A DNA stretch of 64,000 bases. It comes from a virus. The DNA is taken from positions 1 through 64,000 of IMG/VR virus record IMGVR_UViG_3300029286_003693. One strand, given 5' to 3'. Every line of letters begins with the position of its first letter. Position 1 is the first letter of the stretch. Under the pieces are notes generated by a model, which made no database searches, had not been told where the DNA came from, and saw nothing but the letters and a program-made list of their open reading frames with translations. The translations under genes were made by a program, and so were the position numbers. Below are positions 43,817 through 53,085 of the stretch, in pieces.

Positions 43817-45430
43817 CTATGTCGGGACGTTCGTGTGGGTTATCAACATTCCGTTAGCGGCGAATGGGAATGTCGTGAGATATCGGTAAACCCTGTCATA
43901 CACACGGAACGTCGTGGTCGTGTCCGGGTTAGTGTACCAAGCATAGTCAATGGTGATCGTTGTTCCGTCGTTCCCGGAGATTCTTCTGACCTGGCCTATT
44001 CCGGTCCCTCCGACCAGGACCACGTATTTGTCCTTGAACTGATCCGTGATCCAACTTTTCGTATTGTCTGTTATGCTAAGATTCGTCGCGGCTGTTGCCA
44101 AGACATTGGCTATTACGATTGACCCGTCGTCATTCGCAACTGAGACATCATGGTGCGTAGGGCAGGAGTTGTAGAAAATGCCCTTGTCAATCCACCCGAT
44201 AGCTGGCTGTCCATTCGAGAGGAAGTAGAAAGGTGTCATGACCTGCTTCCCGTAAAACGCATTGGTGCTTCTCATGTCGATGACGGCGAAGGCATTGCGT
44301 CCAGTACCGACAGTCAGTCCGGCATCTGCGAAATGTGAAGTGGGGAAAGGAGTTTGATAGCCATTATTCGTATAGCCATGACACGAGAAGAACGTAGACG
44401 CTGGGAGACCAATCGTAGCCCCGGAAGCATAATTTCGAGGGAGGGTTTCAACGATAATATGCGTAGCGTCTGGAAGCGAAGCAACCTTCAACTTGTCGCA
44501 TCCTTCTCCGGCAACACCCAGGATTTGGAAGAACCCACCAGTTGAAGGGACTTTCGAGGAGTCCGTCACAGGGATGCTTACGTTGTTACCCGCAACGATG
44601 GCATCAGTCGTCTGGATAAGATCCGGGAAAAATCTCTTTGGAAAGTGCCCCCAGGCCGCACAAAACATCTCGACAGTAGAGGCATTTACAGTCCGACAGT
44701 TTATGTAGATCATGTCTTTATCGCCAGCGATATGGCATTCATACGTGGCGTTGAACTGGTTGAGATACCAAAAAGAAGAGGGGTCATATTGTTTTCTCGT
44801 CCCGGTGTGCGCCGTTGCATCCCAATACTGATATGCGTCATAACGCAGGACGGTTGGCTCCACTCTTAGATGAACATACCCGTATGGTTCAAGTCCGGAT
44901 TCCCCCCTCGATTTCCAGACAGTATTGGCCTCTGTCCCCCATACTTGGATTCCACTCCATGCAGACCAAGAGTTTGTGTCGTTATTGTTCGCGACATTTC
45001 CCGCACAACTCCCTGTTCCGGCTCTCCATTCGACTACAACAGTGGTGCTGGTGTAGGATGTGCATTCAAAAGTTGGGTGAGCAGCCGCACATTTGTACTT
45101 GACCCCATTGTTAGTGACGGGATCTGTACGATTAATGGCCAATGCAAAATTTGCTAAAGAGGCGGCAAGATTGGCGCCAATCAGTACCTCCATGTCGGCT
45201 CCCGTAAGGGTCGCTTTCATTGTGTACACAATGCCGTCTAATGTTATTGTCTCGTTTGTCGAGAATATATTTCCGCCTGTGAACGTGTATTTGCACCTTT
45301 GCGCCCCATACGAATCATGGAGCTCCCAGCCTTGGGCCGCAAGAAACGTCTTGAGATATTCGTAGAACTGGTGTGCGACACTTCCGTTTAATGACGGCGT
45401 CTTGAAGTGGTATGATTTCCAGACGGACAT
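43817..45430 (-). CDS. Tail/receptor-binding-like protein
   Basis: Thr/Gly/aromatic-rich; GGTGIGQVRRISGNDGTT motif; more AT-rich codons than the flanking genes. Confidence 0.6.
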   Translation of the reverse strand: MSVWKSYHFKTPSLNGSVAHQFYEYLKTFLAAQGWELHDSYGAQRCKYTFTGGNIFSTNETITLDGIVYTMKATLTGADMEVLIGANLAASLANFALAINRTDPVTNNGVKYKCAAAHPTFECTSYTSTTVVVEWRAGTGSCAGNVANNNDTNSWSAWSGIQVWGTEANTVWKSRGESGLEPYGYVHLRVEPTVLRYDAYQYWDATAHTGTRKQYDPSSFWYLNQFNATYECHIAGDKDMIYINCRTVNASTVEMFCAAWGHFPKRFFPDLIQTTDAIVAGNNVSIPVTDSSKVPSTGGFFQILGVAGEGCDKLKVASLPDATHIIVETLPRNYASGATIGLPASTFFSCHGYTNNGYQTPFPTSHFADAGLTVGTGRNAFAVIDMRSTNAFYGKQVMTPFYFLSNGQPAIGWIDKGIFYNSCPTHHDVSVANDDGSIVIANVLATAATNLSITDNTKSWITDQFKDKYVVLVGGTGIGQVRRISGNDGTTITIDYAWYTNPDTTTTFRVYDRVYRYLTTFPFAANGMLITHTNVPT

Positions 45431-45443
45431 AATGATAACCTTC

Positions 45444-46664
45444 CTATTTTGTCGCCGCTATCGTCAGGGTGAGTTTCTGGCAACCCGCGCACGAATCGAC
45501 ATTGAAAGCGATAACGTCACCAGCCACGACACTCGTTGTCCACGTAGACAGAGTGGTGTCGCTATTCATCTCCGCCACAGAAAGAGACGGCTTTTCCGTT
45601 CCAGTAATGGAGTCGGCTACCGTGGGAACAGCGCCGGCCTTTTTCCAAACGTCCAGGACGACGGTTCCTTGCGGACTGCCGACAAGATGCCATCCGGTAA
45701 TCGTGCAGGCGAAAGGCATGATCAGGTATTGCTTAACCCCGACGGTAATCACCTGTCCCGCTCCGTCTATCGAAACCCCGAAACTGCCGGCGACGCTGCC
45801 CGTATCGCCTTTGTCGCCCTTGTCCCCTTGTGGTCCGGGAACGGTTGAGTCCGCCCCAGCCGGACCGACTTCACCCTGCGGTCCGGGAACGGTCGAATCC
45901 GCACCCGGGGGGCCGGTATCGCCCTTGTCGCCCTTTGGCCCAGGGACGGTCGAGTCCGCGCCCGCGGGACCGACCAGACTCGTCGGAGATCCCCAGGCCC
46001 CTCCCGTCTTCGGGCCGTAGATATCGGAATTGCTGGTGTCGATATAGAAGTCGCCATTGACGCCAAGTCCTGCGCCGGGAGCTCCGCTTCCGCTCAGGAC
46101 GGTTTTCCCGTCAGTCCCCGTTAGGCCAATCAGCGATACTCCTGCCCCCCAATCCGCGCCATTCTTGGGGCCGTAAATCCTGGTAACGGCTGTGTCCAAG
46201 TAGAAATCGCCAGTCAACCCGAGATCGCTGGCAGGGGCGCCGACCCCATTGAGAACGGTCTTTCCGTCTGCGCCGTCTTCGCCGGGGAGGCCCGGAGCAC
46301 CGTCGAGGTAGTCAATCCCCTTGACCGGCGTGTATCCGTCGGTTCCGGGCGCCCCGCCGTTCCCGGTGAAACCGATATCGCCTTGGTCCCCCTTGTCGCC
46401 CTTGTCGCCTTTCGGCCCTGGGACGGTCGAGACAGCGCCCATCGCGCCTGTGTCGCCTTTATCGCCCTTATCACCCTTCAGGCCACGCTGGGCATACGGT
46501 AGAGCATTCCAGGCAGTTATGCCGTTGCCTATCTTGAACAGATCGCTGTCAAGCTCAGCCCCGATTTCACCTTCCGCAAGGATAGGGTTCTCGGCTGTCC
46601 AGTCTGCGGCATTGTCCCGCCTAAATTGAATAACGACTGCCATCGGCTGCTCCTCCGCCATCAA
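45444..46664 (-). CDS. Collagen-like tail fibre with an Mtd/hyaluronidase-type N-terminal domain
   Basis: IQFRRDNAADWTAENPILAEGEIG...FKIGNGITAWNALPY, G-X-Y runs and repeated STVPGP. Start may be a few codons later. Confidence 0.85.
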   Translation of the reverse strand: MMAEEQPMAVVIQFRRDNAADWTAENPILAEGEIGAELDSDLFKIGNGITAWNALPYAQRGLKGDKGDKGDTGAMGAVSTVPGPKGDKGDKGDQGDIGFTGNGGAPGTDGYTPVKGIDYLDGAPGLPGEDGADGKTVLNGVGAPASDLGLTGDFYLDTAVTRIYGPKNGADWGAGVSLIGLTGTDGKTVLSGSGAPGAGLGVNGDFYIDTSNSDIYGPKTGGAWGSPTSLVGPAGADSTVPGPKGDKGDTGPPGADSTVPGPQGEVGPAGADSTVPGPQGDKGDKGDTGSVAGSFGVSIDGAGQVITVGVKQYLIMPFACTITGWHLVGSPQGTVVLDVWKKAGAVPTVADSITGTEKPSLSVAEMNSDTTLSTWTTSVVAGDVIAFNVDSCAGCQKLTLTIAATK

Positions 46665-46839
46665 GGTGTATCAGGTCGCCGTAGTGCGTGTTCGCGTGGC
46701 CCCCATCATAGTTGATGATGCCTCGGTACTGACGACCCGCTCCTGCCCCGCCTGGGCTGGTGATGATCGTGACATCGTCCGCCTCGCAGACGGTAACGAC
46801 GCTGTCATCTTCTTCGTGGATTATGAACGGGTTGTCCAT
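46621..46839 (-). CDS. Small virion-associated hypothetical protein
   Basis: YDGGHA...LDGGGA motif often seen before Mtd-N fibres; GAGTGA upstream. Confidence 0.5.
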   Translation of the reverse strand: MDNPFIIHEEDDSVVTVCEADDVTIITSPGGAGAGRQYRGIINYDGGHANTHYGDLIHLDGGGAADGSRYSI

Positions 46840-46840
46840 T

Positions 46841-47059
46841 TCACTCGATGTCCTCTGACCGCACTGTTATGTCTTCATCGCGGTCTGCCCGAGCTTTGTA
46901 ACCCGGCAGATGAACAGCCTGCAGGTACTCGGCACGGTACGCATCAATTTTCTCCGTCACTGCCATCTCGCCCACCACCGCAATCGCGTTTGCAACCCAC
47001 TCGTCCACGTTCACAACAACATGGGCAAGCACAGCTCGGTCTTCTTCAGATAGTTCCAT
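46841..47059 (-). CDS. Small hypothetical protein (fibre chaperone-like position)
   Basis: AGGAGTGA RBS; follows the C1q fibre gene. Confidence 0.55.
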   Translation of the reverse strand: MELSEEDRAVLAHVVVNVDEWVANAIAVVGEMAVTEKIDAYRAEYLQAVHLPGYKARADRDEDITVRSEDIE

Positions 47060-47068
47060 CCGTCACTC

Positions 47069-47854
47069 CTAATCCACCTTGCAGACAAGATGTCCCATGA
47101 TCCTTGTGTAGATATTCACCGCCTCTCCATACACATCAACAACTTGAGTGCTGGGGGAAACCTTGCAAAGCCAGTACGCCGTATCTCCAGCGTCCATCGG
47201 CACGCTCAGCACGTTTTCATGCAGCGCATACGTGCGCCAATGCTGTTGACTTGCAAGAACGGTATCTTGGATGTAATTTTTTTGGGTTGTCATGAGGTAC
47301 AAATAAAACCCGACGTGCGTGGCCAAAATGCCGAGGAGCTGCACGGTGATTGCAAAGTCATAAAGCCCCTTCACAGGCGCCGTAAACAGCCCCGTAACCA
47401 GCGAGTAACAGCCCCCATTGTTGACCAGAACCGAATTGGGCTCGACCTTCCAGGTTACAGACGCGCCCAGTTTATCGGTATATTGCCAGGTGCTATGGAC
47501 ATGGTACGCAGGCCACGGGGCGGGGACTTTGTTATCAAGGACGTGTTTTAGGCCAGCCGGAGTGAGTGCCCTGACCGCATCGATTCCAAGCAAAGCCTCA
47601 CTGAGCGTCGCGATCTCGATTTTTCCTTTGACTGTTTCGGAAGCATCGGGGACGGTGCCCCCACTCCATGCGGAAGAGTGCGCTGCGATCTTGCTTGAAG
47701 CCGCCGCGGCCTTTAGCGCTGCAGCAGACGCGGCATCACTCGCTCCGGAAGCATACCCGATGGCCCTTGACGCAGCATCAGACGCACTTGAAGCAAGGTC
47801 GCTTGCCGCCGCGGCCTCGTTCGGGTCAAAGCTCGTGCTGAGATAGCCGGGCAT
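47069..47854 (-). CDS. Ser/Ala-rich fibre protein with a C-terminal C1q-like domain
   Basis: DASETVKGKIEIAT...ALTPAGL fibre repeat; NNGGCYSLVTGLFTAPVKGLYDF (C1q). Confidence 0.75.
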   Translation of the reverse strand: MPGYLSTSFDPNEAAAASDLASSASDAASRAIGYASGASDAASAAALKAAAASSKIAAHSSAWSGGTVPDASETVKGKIEIATLSEALLGIDAVRALTPAGLKHVLDNKVPAPWPAYHVHSTWQYTDKLGASVTWKVEPNSVLVNNGGCYSLVTGLFTAPVKGLYDFAITVQLLGILATHVGFYLYLMTTQKNYIQDTVLASQQHWRTYALHENVLSVPMDAGDTAYWLCKVSPSTQVVDVYGEAVNIYTRIMGHLVCKVD

Positions 47855-47855
47855 C

Positions 47856-48017
47856 TTACTCTTCCTTGCTTTCCACCTTCAGGACCTTAAAGTCCGGGTC
47901 TTTTTTTATCGCCTCTTTGATCGTGGATCTGACTGCCCTCACCTTCCTGCGCCAGTCTCCACCGTCTCCGAAGGACACGGCAGTGGTGACTACAAACGTG
48001 ATCGGTTTCGTATCCAT
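47856..48017 (-). CDS. Small hypothetical protein
   Basis: AGGAG RBS before ATG 48017. Confidence 0.5.
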   Translation of the reverse strand: MDTKPITFVVTTAVSFGDGGDWRRKVRAVRSTIKEAIKKDPDFKVLKVESKEE

Positions 48018-48027
48018 GTTCGCGCTC

Positions 48028-49062
48028 CTACTTCTTGGCAAGTAGCTCATTATAAAGCTCAATATACGTTTCAACATGCTTCCCCCTATCGAAGTTCTCC
48101 CTGGCATACTGCATGGTTTCTTCCCTCAGCGTACTCCCAGGGGCCTTCAGGTCATTCCAGCATCTCTCGATCTGTTCTGCGATGGAATGAAGGTCAAACG
48201 GCTTTGCATGGTACTTCGTGTATTCCCCGTTGTAGCTGACGACAGGGACGCCGAAGGCCATCATCTCCATCGTCACCCGGCTGGCAATGCCGGAATAGTT
48301 GTTGTTGAACCCGATGTCGGCCCCCGCCTGGAACGGCTTCAGGTTGTTGTTTGCCAGTTGGATGTTCTCGCAGGCTGTTTCCAGGGCTCTTTTGTGGCTC
48401 CGGACGAAGACGTTTCTCCACATCCCGATCGGCTCAAGCAGCAGGGAAAATACGTTCAGTCTTGCCTCCGGGATCTTCTCCATCACGTATGGCATTGCCC
48501 AGATGATATGAAGGGGTAGCTTTTCCACCCTCGGAGTATCGCAGGAGAGAATCGCCGGATGGTCCTCATACTGCCACGGCGCCGTCCCTTCCAGGTCTTC
48601 CAGATCAATGCTGTTCGGGATATACCGGCAGCGCCCCACTTTCTCGTCGTACAGCTTCATGACGTCGTACTCGTGGGTGTTGATGCAGACCGTGGCGTCC
48701 ATCTTCCAGAGAAGGTTCACATGCAGGTTGAACGAGTCGCTCACCTTCTCCCATTCTTTGAACACCATATGCTCAGTCGGCCCGTGCAGAACTGCCACCG
48801 TGACCTTCTTCACCTGCTCCTTCTTCATTTCCGCATCATCGGGAAAGGCGGAATGCAGGACCCAAACGTCGGCTTTTTTCGCCTCTTCCCAGGTGATCGG
48901 GCGGAAACCCTTGTCGTTCCTCTCTGCCGTTGGGATGGCTTCGTAGGAAATGGCAAGCTCCGATCGAATGCCGGCGCGGGTCTCATATTTGCACTGATTC
49001 TTACAGGATTCGTACATCCCGCTGATCCGTGGACCCCAGTTGCTCCAGTGAACTACGAACAT
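48028..49062 (-). CDS. GT-B (GT4-like) glycosyltransferase
   Basis: VAVLHG, RYIPNSIDL, RVEKLP and TMEMMAFGVPVVS motifs. True start is probably 49062, not 49416. Confidence 0.82.
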   Translation of the reverse strand: MFVVHWSNWGPRISGMYESCKNQCKYETRAGIRSELAISYEAIPTAERNDKGFRPITWEEAKKADVWVLHSAFPDDAEMKKEQVKKVTVAVLHGPTEHMVFKEWEKVSDSFNLHVNLLWKMDATVCINTHEYDVMKLYDEKVGRCRYIPNSIDLEDLEGTAPWQYEDHPAILSCDTPRVEKLPLHIIWAMPYVMEKIPEARLNVFSLLLEPIGMWRNVFVRSHKRALETACENIQLANNNLKPFQAGADIGFNNNYSGIASRVTMEMMAFGVPVVSYNGEYTKYHAKPFDLHSIAEQIERCWNDLKAPGSTLREETMQYARENFDRGKHVETYIELYNELLAKK

Positions 49063-49082
49063 TTTGCCATCCCTTTTTGGGT

Positions 49083-49110
49083 GGAGAAGGGAGCCTTCGC
49101 CCCCCTCTCC
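49083..49110 (-). other. Intergenic stem-loop
   Basis: GGAGAGGGGGGC-GAAG-GCTCCCTTCTCC on the minus strand; no U-tract. Confidence 0.55.
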
Positions 49111-49124
49111 GGGTGATGATACTG

Positions 49125-49580
49125 CTACGCCTGAGCGACCGAGCTGTACCGCAGTTTGATGAGCCCTGCCGACGTGTAAACGATGTTCTTGACAGCCCTC
49201 GAATTGACACCGGGATCTGTGAAGACCGCGCTCGACAGACGGCCCTTTGCCGCCAGTCCTGCCGACGCTCCGGCAGCCAACGCCGCTGCCGCACTCTGAG
49301 CATCGCTTGCCGCAGACTGCGCAATAACGACCTGAGAAGCCGCCGCATTGGCCACGGAATGCGCGTGAACCGCAGCAGCCGAAGCCACTGCCGCTTTGGA
49401 CGCGCCAACACCCCACGACGAGGAATGTGCCGCTATCGCGCTCACGGCACTCGCCGCTGCAGCCATCGCTGCCGACGCGTTGCTATGGGCATCACTTGCC
49501 GCTGCAAGAGCTGCCGTCGCAGCGCTGTGGGCATCGCTGATCTGCGCGGGATCGAAACTCACACTTAGAAATCCAGCCAT
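49125..49580 (-). CDS. Ala/Ser-rich small virion protein
   Basis: GAGGAGG RBS; N-terminus is shared with 47069-47854. Confidence 0.75.
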   Translation of the reverse strand: MAGFLSVSFDPAQISDAHSAATAALAAASDAHSNASAAMAAAASAVSAIAAHSSSWGVGASKAAVASAAAVHAHSVANAAASQVVIAQSAASDAQSAAAALAAGASAGLAAKGRLSSAVFTDPGVNSRAVKNIVYTSAGLIKLRYSSVAQA

Positions 49581-49618
49581 TTTCTTGTCCTCCTCTCTTA
49601 GAGTCGGGCACCTACGGT

Positions 49619-50170
49619 CTATTCGTCATTCCGGCAGACGGCCACCATAGGGTTTTCGTAGCCTGAAACCAGCGGTTCCAGTGTATATGTTCGCAGGCTG
49701 ACACTTACGAAAGCCGTCTTGAGTATCCCCTCGAATTCTTTCGGGGCGTACTCTCGGACGTGGGTATCCGCCTTCCGATACCTGCTCAGCCGGTTAGGTG
49801 TAGAAAGGATCAGAGAACCGTTCTTGGCCATCATCCTCTTGACGTTCAAAAGGGCCTGCTTGTCGTGTTTGATATGCTCAATGATGTCGATCATGACGAT
49901 GAAATCGTATGGGCCTTCGTCGATCCCCTTTGAGATATCCCCGTATTTGAAGCGAAGTTTCGGAATGGGGAAAACCTTCTGTGCGAACCTTATGCCGCAC
50001 TCGTCTAATTCATATCCAGTCACGGCCTGCGCGTTCGTGGTCAACAGGTGCGCCCCGAACCCTGTCCCAAAGCCCACGTCGGCGACATTGCCCCGAACAA
50101 CCTTGGCTACCTGCTCATAAAGGTCAAATTGAGGGCTCAACACATATCGAAGTCGGTTCCAGAGTTCCAT
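49619..50170 (-). CDS. Class I SAM-dependent methyltransferase (small-molecule/glycan type)
   Basis: VADVGFGTGFG, DIIEHI, ILSTPN; no DPPY/NPPY motif. Confidence 0.85.
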   Translation of the reverse strand: MELWNRLRYVLSPQFDLYEQVAKVVRGNVADVGFGTGFGAHLLTTNAQAVTGYELDECGIRFAQKVFPIPKLRFKYGDISKGIDEGPYDFIVMIDIIEHIKHDKQALLNVKRMMAKNGSLILSTPNRLSRYRKADTHVREYAPKEFEGILKTAFVSVSLRTYTLEPLVSGYENPMVAVCRNDE

Positions 50171-50179
50171 GTCGTCTCC

Positions 50180-50473
50180 TTATGGCACTGGGGTTGAATC
50201 ATATGTTATTACTACTTTTTTATCGGACCCCATCCGGATGTTCGTTATCTTGTACCCACCGGGCGGGGATACGCTCCTTATCGCGCCAGGGGTGCCAGGG
50301 TCCCGAATAACGACCGGCACGGGCGCCCCTTTGACAACGGTAGGAACTGGAGTGGTTGTCGCAACCGCTGCTCCCGTTACCGAAGCCGAGGCGTTTGTAA
50401 CAACGGTCGGCACCGGCGCTCCCCTTACAACGGTTGGAACCTGGATGGTCGTGACGATCGTTGTTCTCATCAA
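50180..50473 (-). CDS. Thr/Val/Pro-rich repeat protein
   Basis: VPTVV(R/K)GAPVP occurs twice; ATGA-coupled to the upstream gene. Confidence 0.65.
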   Translation of the reverse strand: MMRTTIVTTIQVPTVVRGAPVPTVVTNASASVTGAAVATTTPVPTVVKGAPVPVVIRDPGTPGAIRSVSPPGGYKITNIRMGSDKKVVITYDSTPVP

Positions 50474-50856
50474 TCGGCCCTCGTGACTGCGGGGTTGAAC
50501 GTAAATTTTCCTCTTTGCTGCATGCCCGTATCGTTGTCGATCCCGTGGTCAAAGAATAGATCGTAGACGAGGGATCGCTTTTCGTGGTCCGGGCATATTC
50601 CCAAAGTCTGCGCGGGGGTGAGAAATATGGCGTACTTTCCATCGGTCGGTGGAGACAGAATGATGATCCCGCCGTTTTCGGTCGTGAGATCGAAGACAGG
50701 ATCATCGTCCGCAACATCCGCCCTCACCTGCATCCTGGCAGTTACGTCAGTCAGATCCACGGGTTCAGCCGGGTCTCCCGTTTCCCAGGTGAATTCCTGA
50801 TAGAAGGTCGCGCCTTCCCACCCCTCCAGGTTGATTACGGCATGTGAGCTGAACAT
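50470..50856 (-). CDS. Ig-like virion adaptor (BppU/LtfC-like)
   Basis: GATF...PVDLT..TARMQVR...YDL...GKF..NPAVTR. Confidence 0.75.
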   Translation of the reverse strand: MFSSHAVINLEGWEGATFYQEFTWETGDPAEPVDLTDVTARMQVRADVADDDPVFDLTTENGGIIILSPPTDGKYAIFLTPAQTLGICPDHEKRSLVYDLFFDHGIDNDTGMQQRGKFTFNPAVTRAD

Positions 50857-50865
50857 ATTCGGTCC

Positions 50866-51033
50866 CTAATCTTTAGGCTTCATCGGGGTCCGGTCAGGTG
50901 TCCACCCGTGATCAATCGCATTCAGGAGTCGCCTCTGGGCCTCAGCCTTTTCTTTCGTGGTGCCTTTGGCATGAACGGCATTCGGAGTCTTGACCTGATA
51001 CTTTTTGCCCCTTTTTATAACTGTTACTGGCAT
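50866..51033 (-). CDS. 55-aa basic phage protein (not in the ORF track)
   Basis: AAGGAG RBS; MPVTVIKRGKKYQVKTPNAVHAKGTTKEKAEAQRRLLNAIDHGWTP... Confidence 0.65.
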   Translation of the reverse strand: MPVTVIKRGKKYQVKTPNAVHAKGTTKEKAEAQRRLLNAIDHGWTPDRTPMKPKD

Positions 51034-51100
51034 GACAAACTCCTTGGTGCTCCCCTACCCCGAGATCATTCCCTCGGGGCAGGGGTCAGGTGGCGAGCGC

Positions 51101-51697
51101 TTAGCTCGTGGTACAGGTGATCTGGTACGTTACATAGATTTCATCATCGGCGATGACGGCACGGGGGGTCCCGAACCGTTTGGCGCACATCAGGGTGCCC
51201 GCCGCGCTGGTCTTCGCCGCCGTGTCAACGAGGAAGGCCCCGTAGACGGTAATCGACGCATTCATGACGAAGTGCGCCTTGGCGTTGACGTTCGTGATGA
51301 CCGCGGTGGTCGTATCTTCCGTGGTGTACGCGGGCCGGTTGGTCAGCGGGTTGTCATAGTCCGCATCCTGGCACTCGCCGTAGGCATTGCCGGAGCCCAG
51401 CTTCGCTCCCGTGTCGGCCAGGGCCGGGGTAATGTTGTTTTTGAAGATACCGACGTACCAGATGTGCGACGCGGCCTTGGAGATGTCATGGAACATGATG
51501 TTCAGGAGCTTGGCCATACCCTCCGTCGTGAAGGTATTTGTCCCGGTTTCCGTAAAGAGCAGGACGCCATTGCGCCAGTGCTCAAACGTCACCTTGCCTT
51601 CGAAGATGATGTCATCCCATGCCCCTTTTTTCAGTCTCAAAAAGAGTGCCGTGACCATCAACCAGACCATCGCGATAAAACCCTTAATTCTGTCCAT
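51101..51697 (-). CDS. Virion structural protein
   Basis: AAGGAGG RBS; NTFTTEG..LL, TVYGAFL and VTYQIT patterns of podoviral tail-associated proteins. Confidence 0.7.
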   Translation of the reverse strand: MDRIKGFIAMVWLMVTALFLRLKKGAWDDIIFEGKVTFEHWRNGVLLFTETGTNTFTTEGMAKLLNIMFHDISKAASHIWYVGIFKNNITPALADTGAKLGSGNAYGECQDADYDNPLTNRPAYTTEDTTTAVITNVNAKAHFVMNASITVYGAFLVDTAAKTSAAGTLMCAKRFGTPRAVIADDEIYVTYQITCTTS

Positions 51698-51720
51698 TGT
51701 GTGTTCCTCCTTGTTGTGTG

Positions 51721-51831
51721 GTTGTTCGGGGCAAAGAAAAAGGGCGACAACGCTGATGTGCTGGCACCAGCATGCCGCCCTTGTTTCTCTCTTGCGTTCC
51801 CGTCCGGGTGGCCACCCTTCAGGGAAACCCC
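51721..51831 (-). ncRNA. Candidate structured cis-regulatory RNA with terminator-like hairpin, copy A
   Basis: Covarying homolog of 57060-57167. Confidence 0.6.
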
Positions 51832-51843
51832 AACTACTAATGA

Positions 51844-53085
51844 TTAAAGAACTTTCCCGTTTCTTACGACCTCACAAGTCGCAGAGTCACCAAAGCCGAC
51901 CCCACTCCCGCGAGGGCGTTCCTGCTTGAAGCTGGTCAAAAACTGCTCCCGCCCGTTCACAGTCCGGGACACCGCTGCCCCTTCCTGGCCGGCTGGGAAC
52001 TGGACCCGGTCCTTTGTGAACTTGGCGAGCACACCGCTATGCCCGCCCGCCATCAGGCCGTCTTTTGATACCCAAACCGGGACGTTGTTGCCCATATCCG
52101 GCACGTTGTTGCAGTAGGCGAGGATATTTTGCGCCACCCCTGCCCCGACATGGACCTCCCGCATCGCGCTCGGTTCTGTTCCGGGAAGGAAAATAGTCCG
52201 GTCATCGAACCCGACGAAGATTCCACCGTCCACAAACGCAACTAGAAGGATGTCATTGGGGAACGAGAACATGTTCGTCGATTTATAGAGGTCGTAACGA
52301 TAGGGTTCACTGTAACGTAGGGTGCTGTCCACCGCTCCCCAGAGGCGACCGAACGCCCGTCGGATGAACTTCATGGGGTTTGGCGGGCCGCAAAGAAAGG
52401 TCGGAAGGGGCTCCATGGTCTCGATCCCCGTGATCAAAGCCTGCTCTTCCGCAGCTCTGTAAAAGGTGCTTCCGTCCGGGTCTGTCGCCCATGCGATGAC
52501 GCCGGATGGTTTGTTGAGAAGTGAAATCGTAGAGTTGTCGGCCATGATGTCAATCTCGGCAATCATCCCGTTGCCGCCAACCTGCCCCCCGACGACGTTT
52601 GTGTAGCAGACCTGGTAGCGTCCGGCGGTCAGCGCCCCGGTGCCATTCACCGCTGCGAGAACCGGCTGCTCCGAAATCGGTATCCCCCAGGTGCTCACCA
52701 TGTTTTGTGCTGGATCGAGGATTCCCATCCAGTGGCGGCTTGAGATATAGATATTGTCGTCCACCGCGGCATAGAAGAGTTTCTCCTCGAAGGGGCCGGA
52801 CAGGGCGCAAAGGTTGACCTTTGACCCATCAGGATAGAATCGGTAGAGTCTGCCTTCCGCCGCAGCCAGCAAGACATGCCTGGTGCCCCAGGCGCTATGT
52901 GCGTTTGGCAAACTGGCCAGAAGTCGATATCCGCCCCGCTTCTTCAGCCGCTCCTCTGCCGTGACATCGGCGTTCAGAATGACCTTCGGGATCGCTGTCA
53001 TCGTCCCATCGTCATGGCCCGAAAATCCGCCCTCTTCGAGTACGTTATTCATGCCTTTGAATCCCCTGATCGTTAAAGGTTTCAT
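51844..53085 (-). CDS. Podoviral tail/stabilisation protein (beta-propeller-like)
   Basis: FKGMNN...NADVT..RLKKRGGY; follows the adaptor. Confidence 0.7.
   Translation of the reverse strand: MKPLTIRGFKGMNNVLEEGGFSGHDDGTMTAIPKVILNADVTAEERLKKRGGYRLLASLPNAHSAWGTRHVLLAAAEGRLYRFYPDGSKVNLCALSGPFEEKLFYAAVDDNIYISSRHWMGILDPAQNMVSTWGIPISEQPVLAAVNGTGALTAGRYQVCYTNVVGGQVGGNGMIAEIDIMADNSTISLLNKPSGVIAWATDPDGSTFYRAAEEQALITGIETMEPLPTFLCGPPNPMKFIRRAFGRLWGAVDSTLRYSEPYRYDLYKSTNMFSFPNDILLVAFVDGGIFVGFDDRTIFLPGTEPSAMREVHVGAGVAQNILAYCNNVPDMGNNVPVWVSKDGLMAGGHSGVLAKFTKDRVQFPAGQEGAAVSRTVNGREQFLTSFKQERPRGSGVGFGDSATCEVVRNGKVL

Noticed and set aside
45800-46480. DNA repeats resembling an array
   Set aside because: They encode collagen G-X-Y/STVPGP repeats and are not CRISPR.
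45444-46664. Diversity-generating retroelement suggested by the Mtd-like N-terminus
   Set aside because: No reverse transcriptase, no adenine-specific TR/VR pair and no C-type lectin end were seen in the window.
49063-49416. N-terminal extension of the glycosyltransferase in the ORF track
   Set aside because: It overlaps the Ala/Ser-rich gene 49125-49580 and a hairpin; ATG 49062 has its own RBS.
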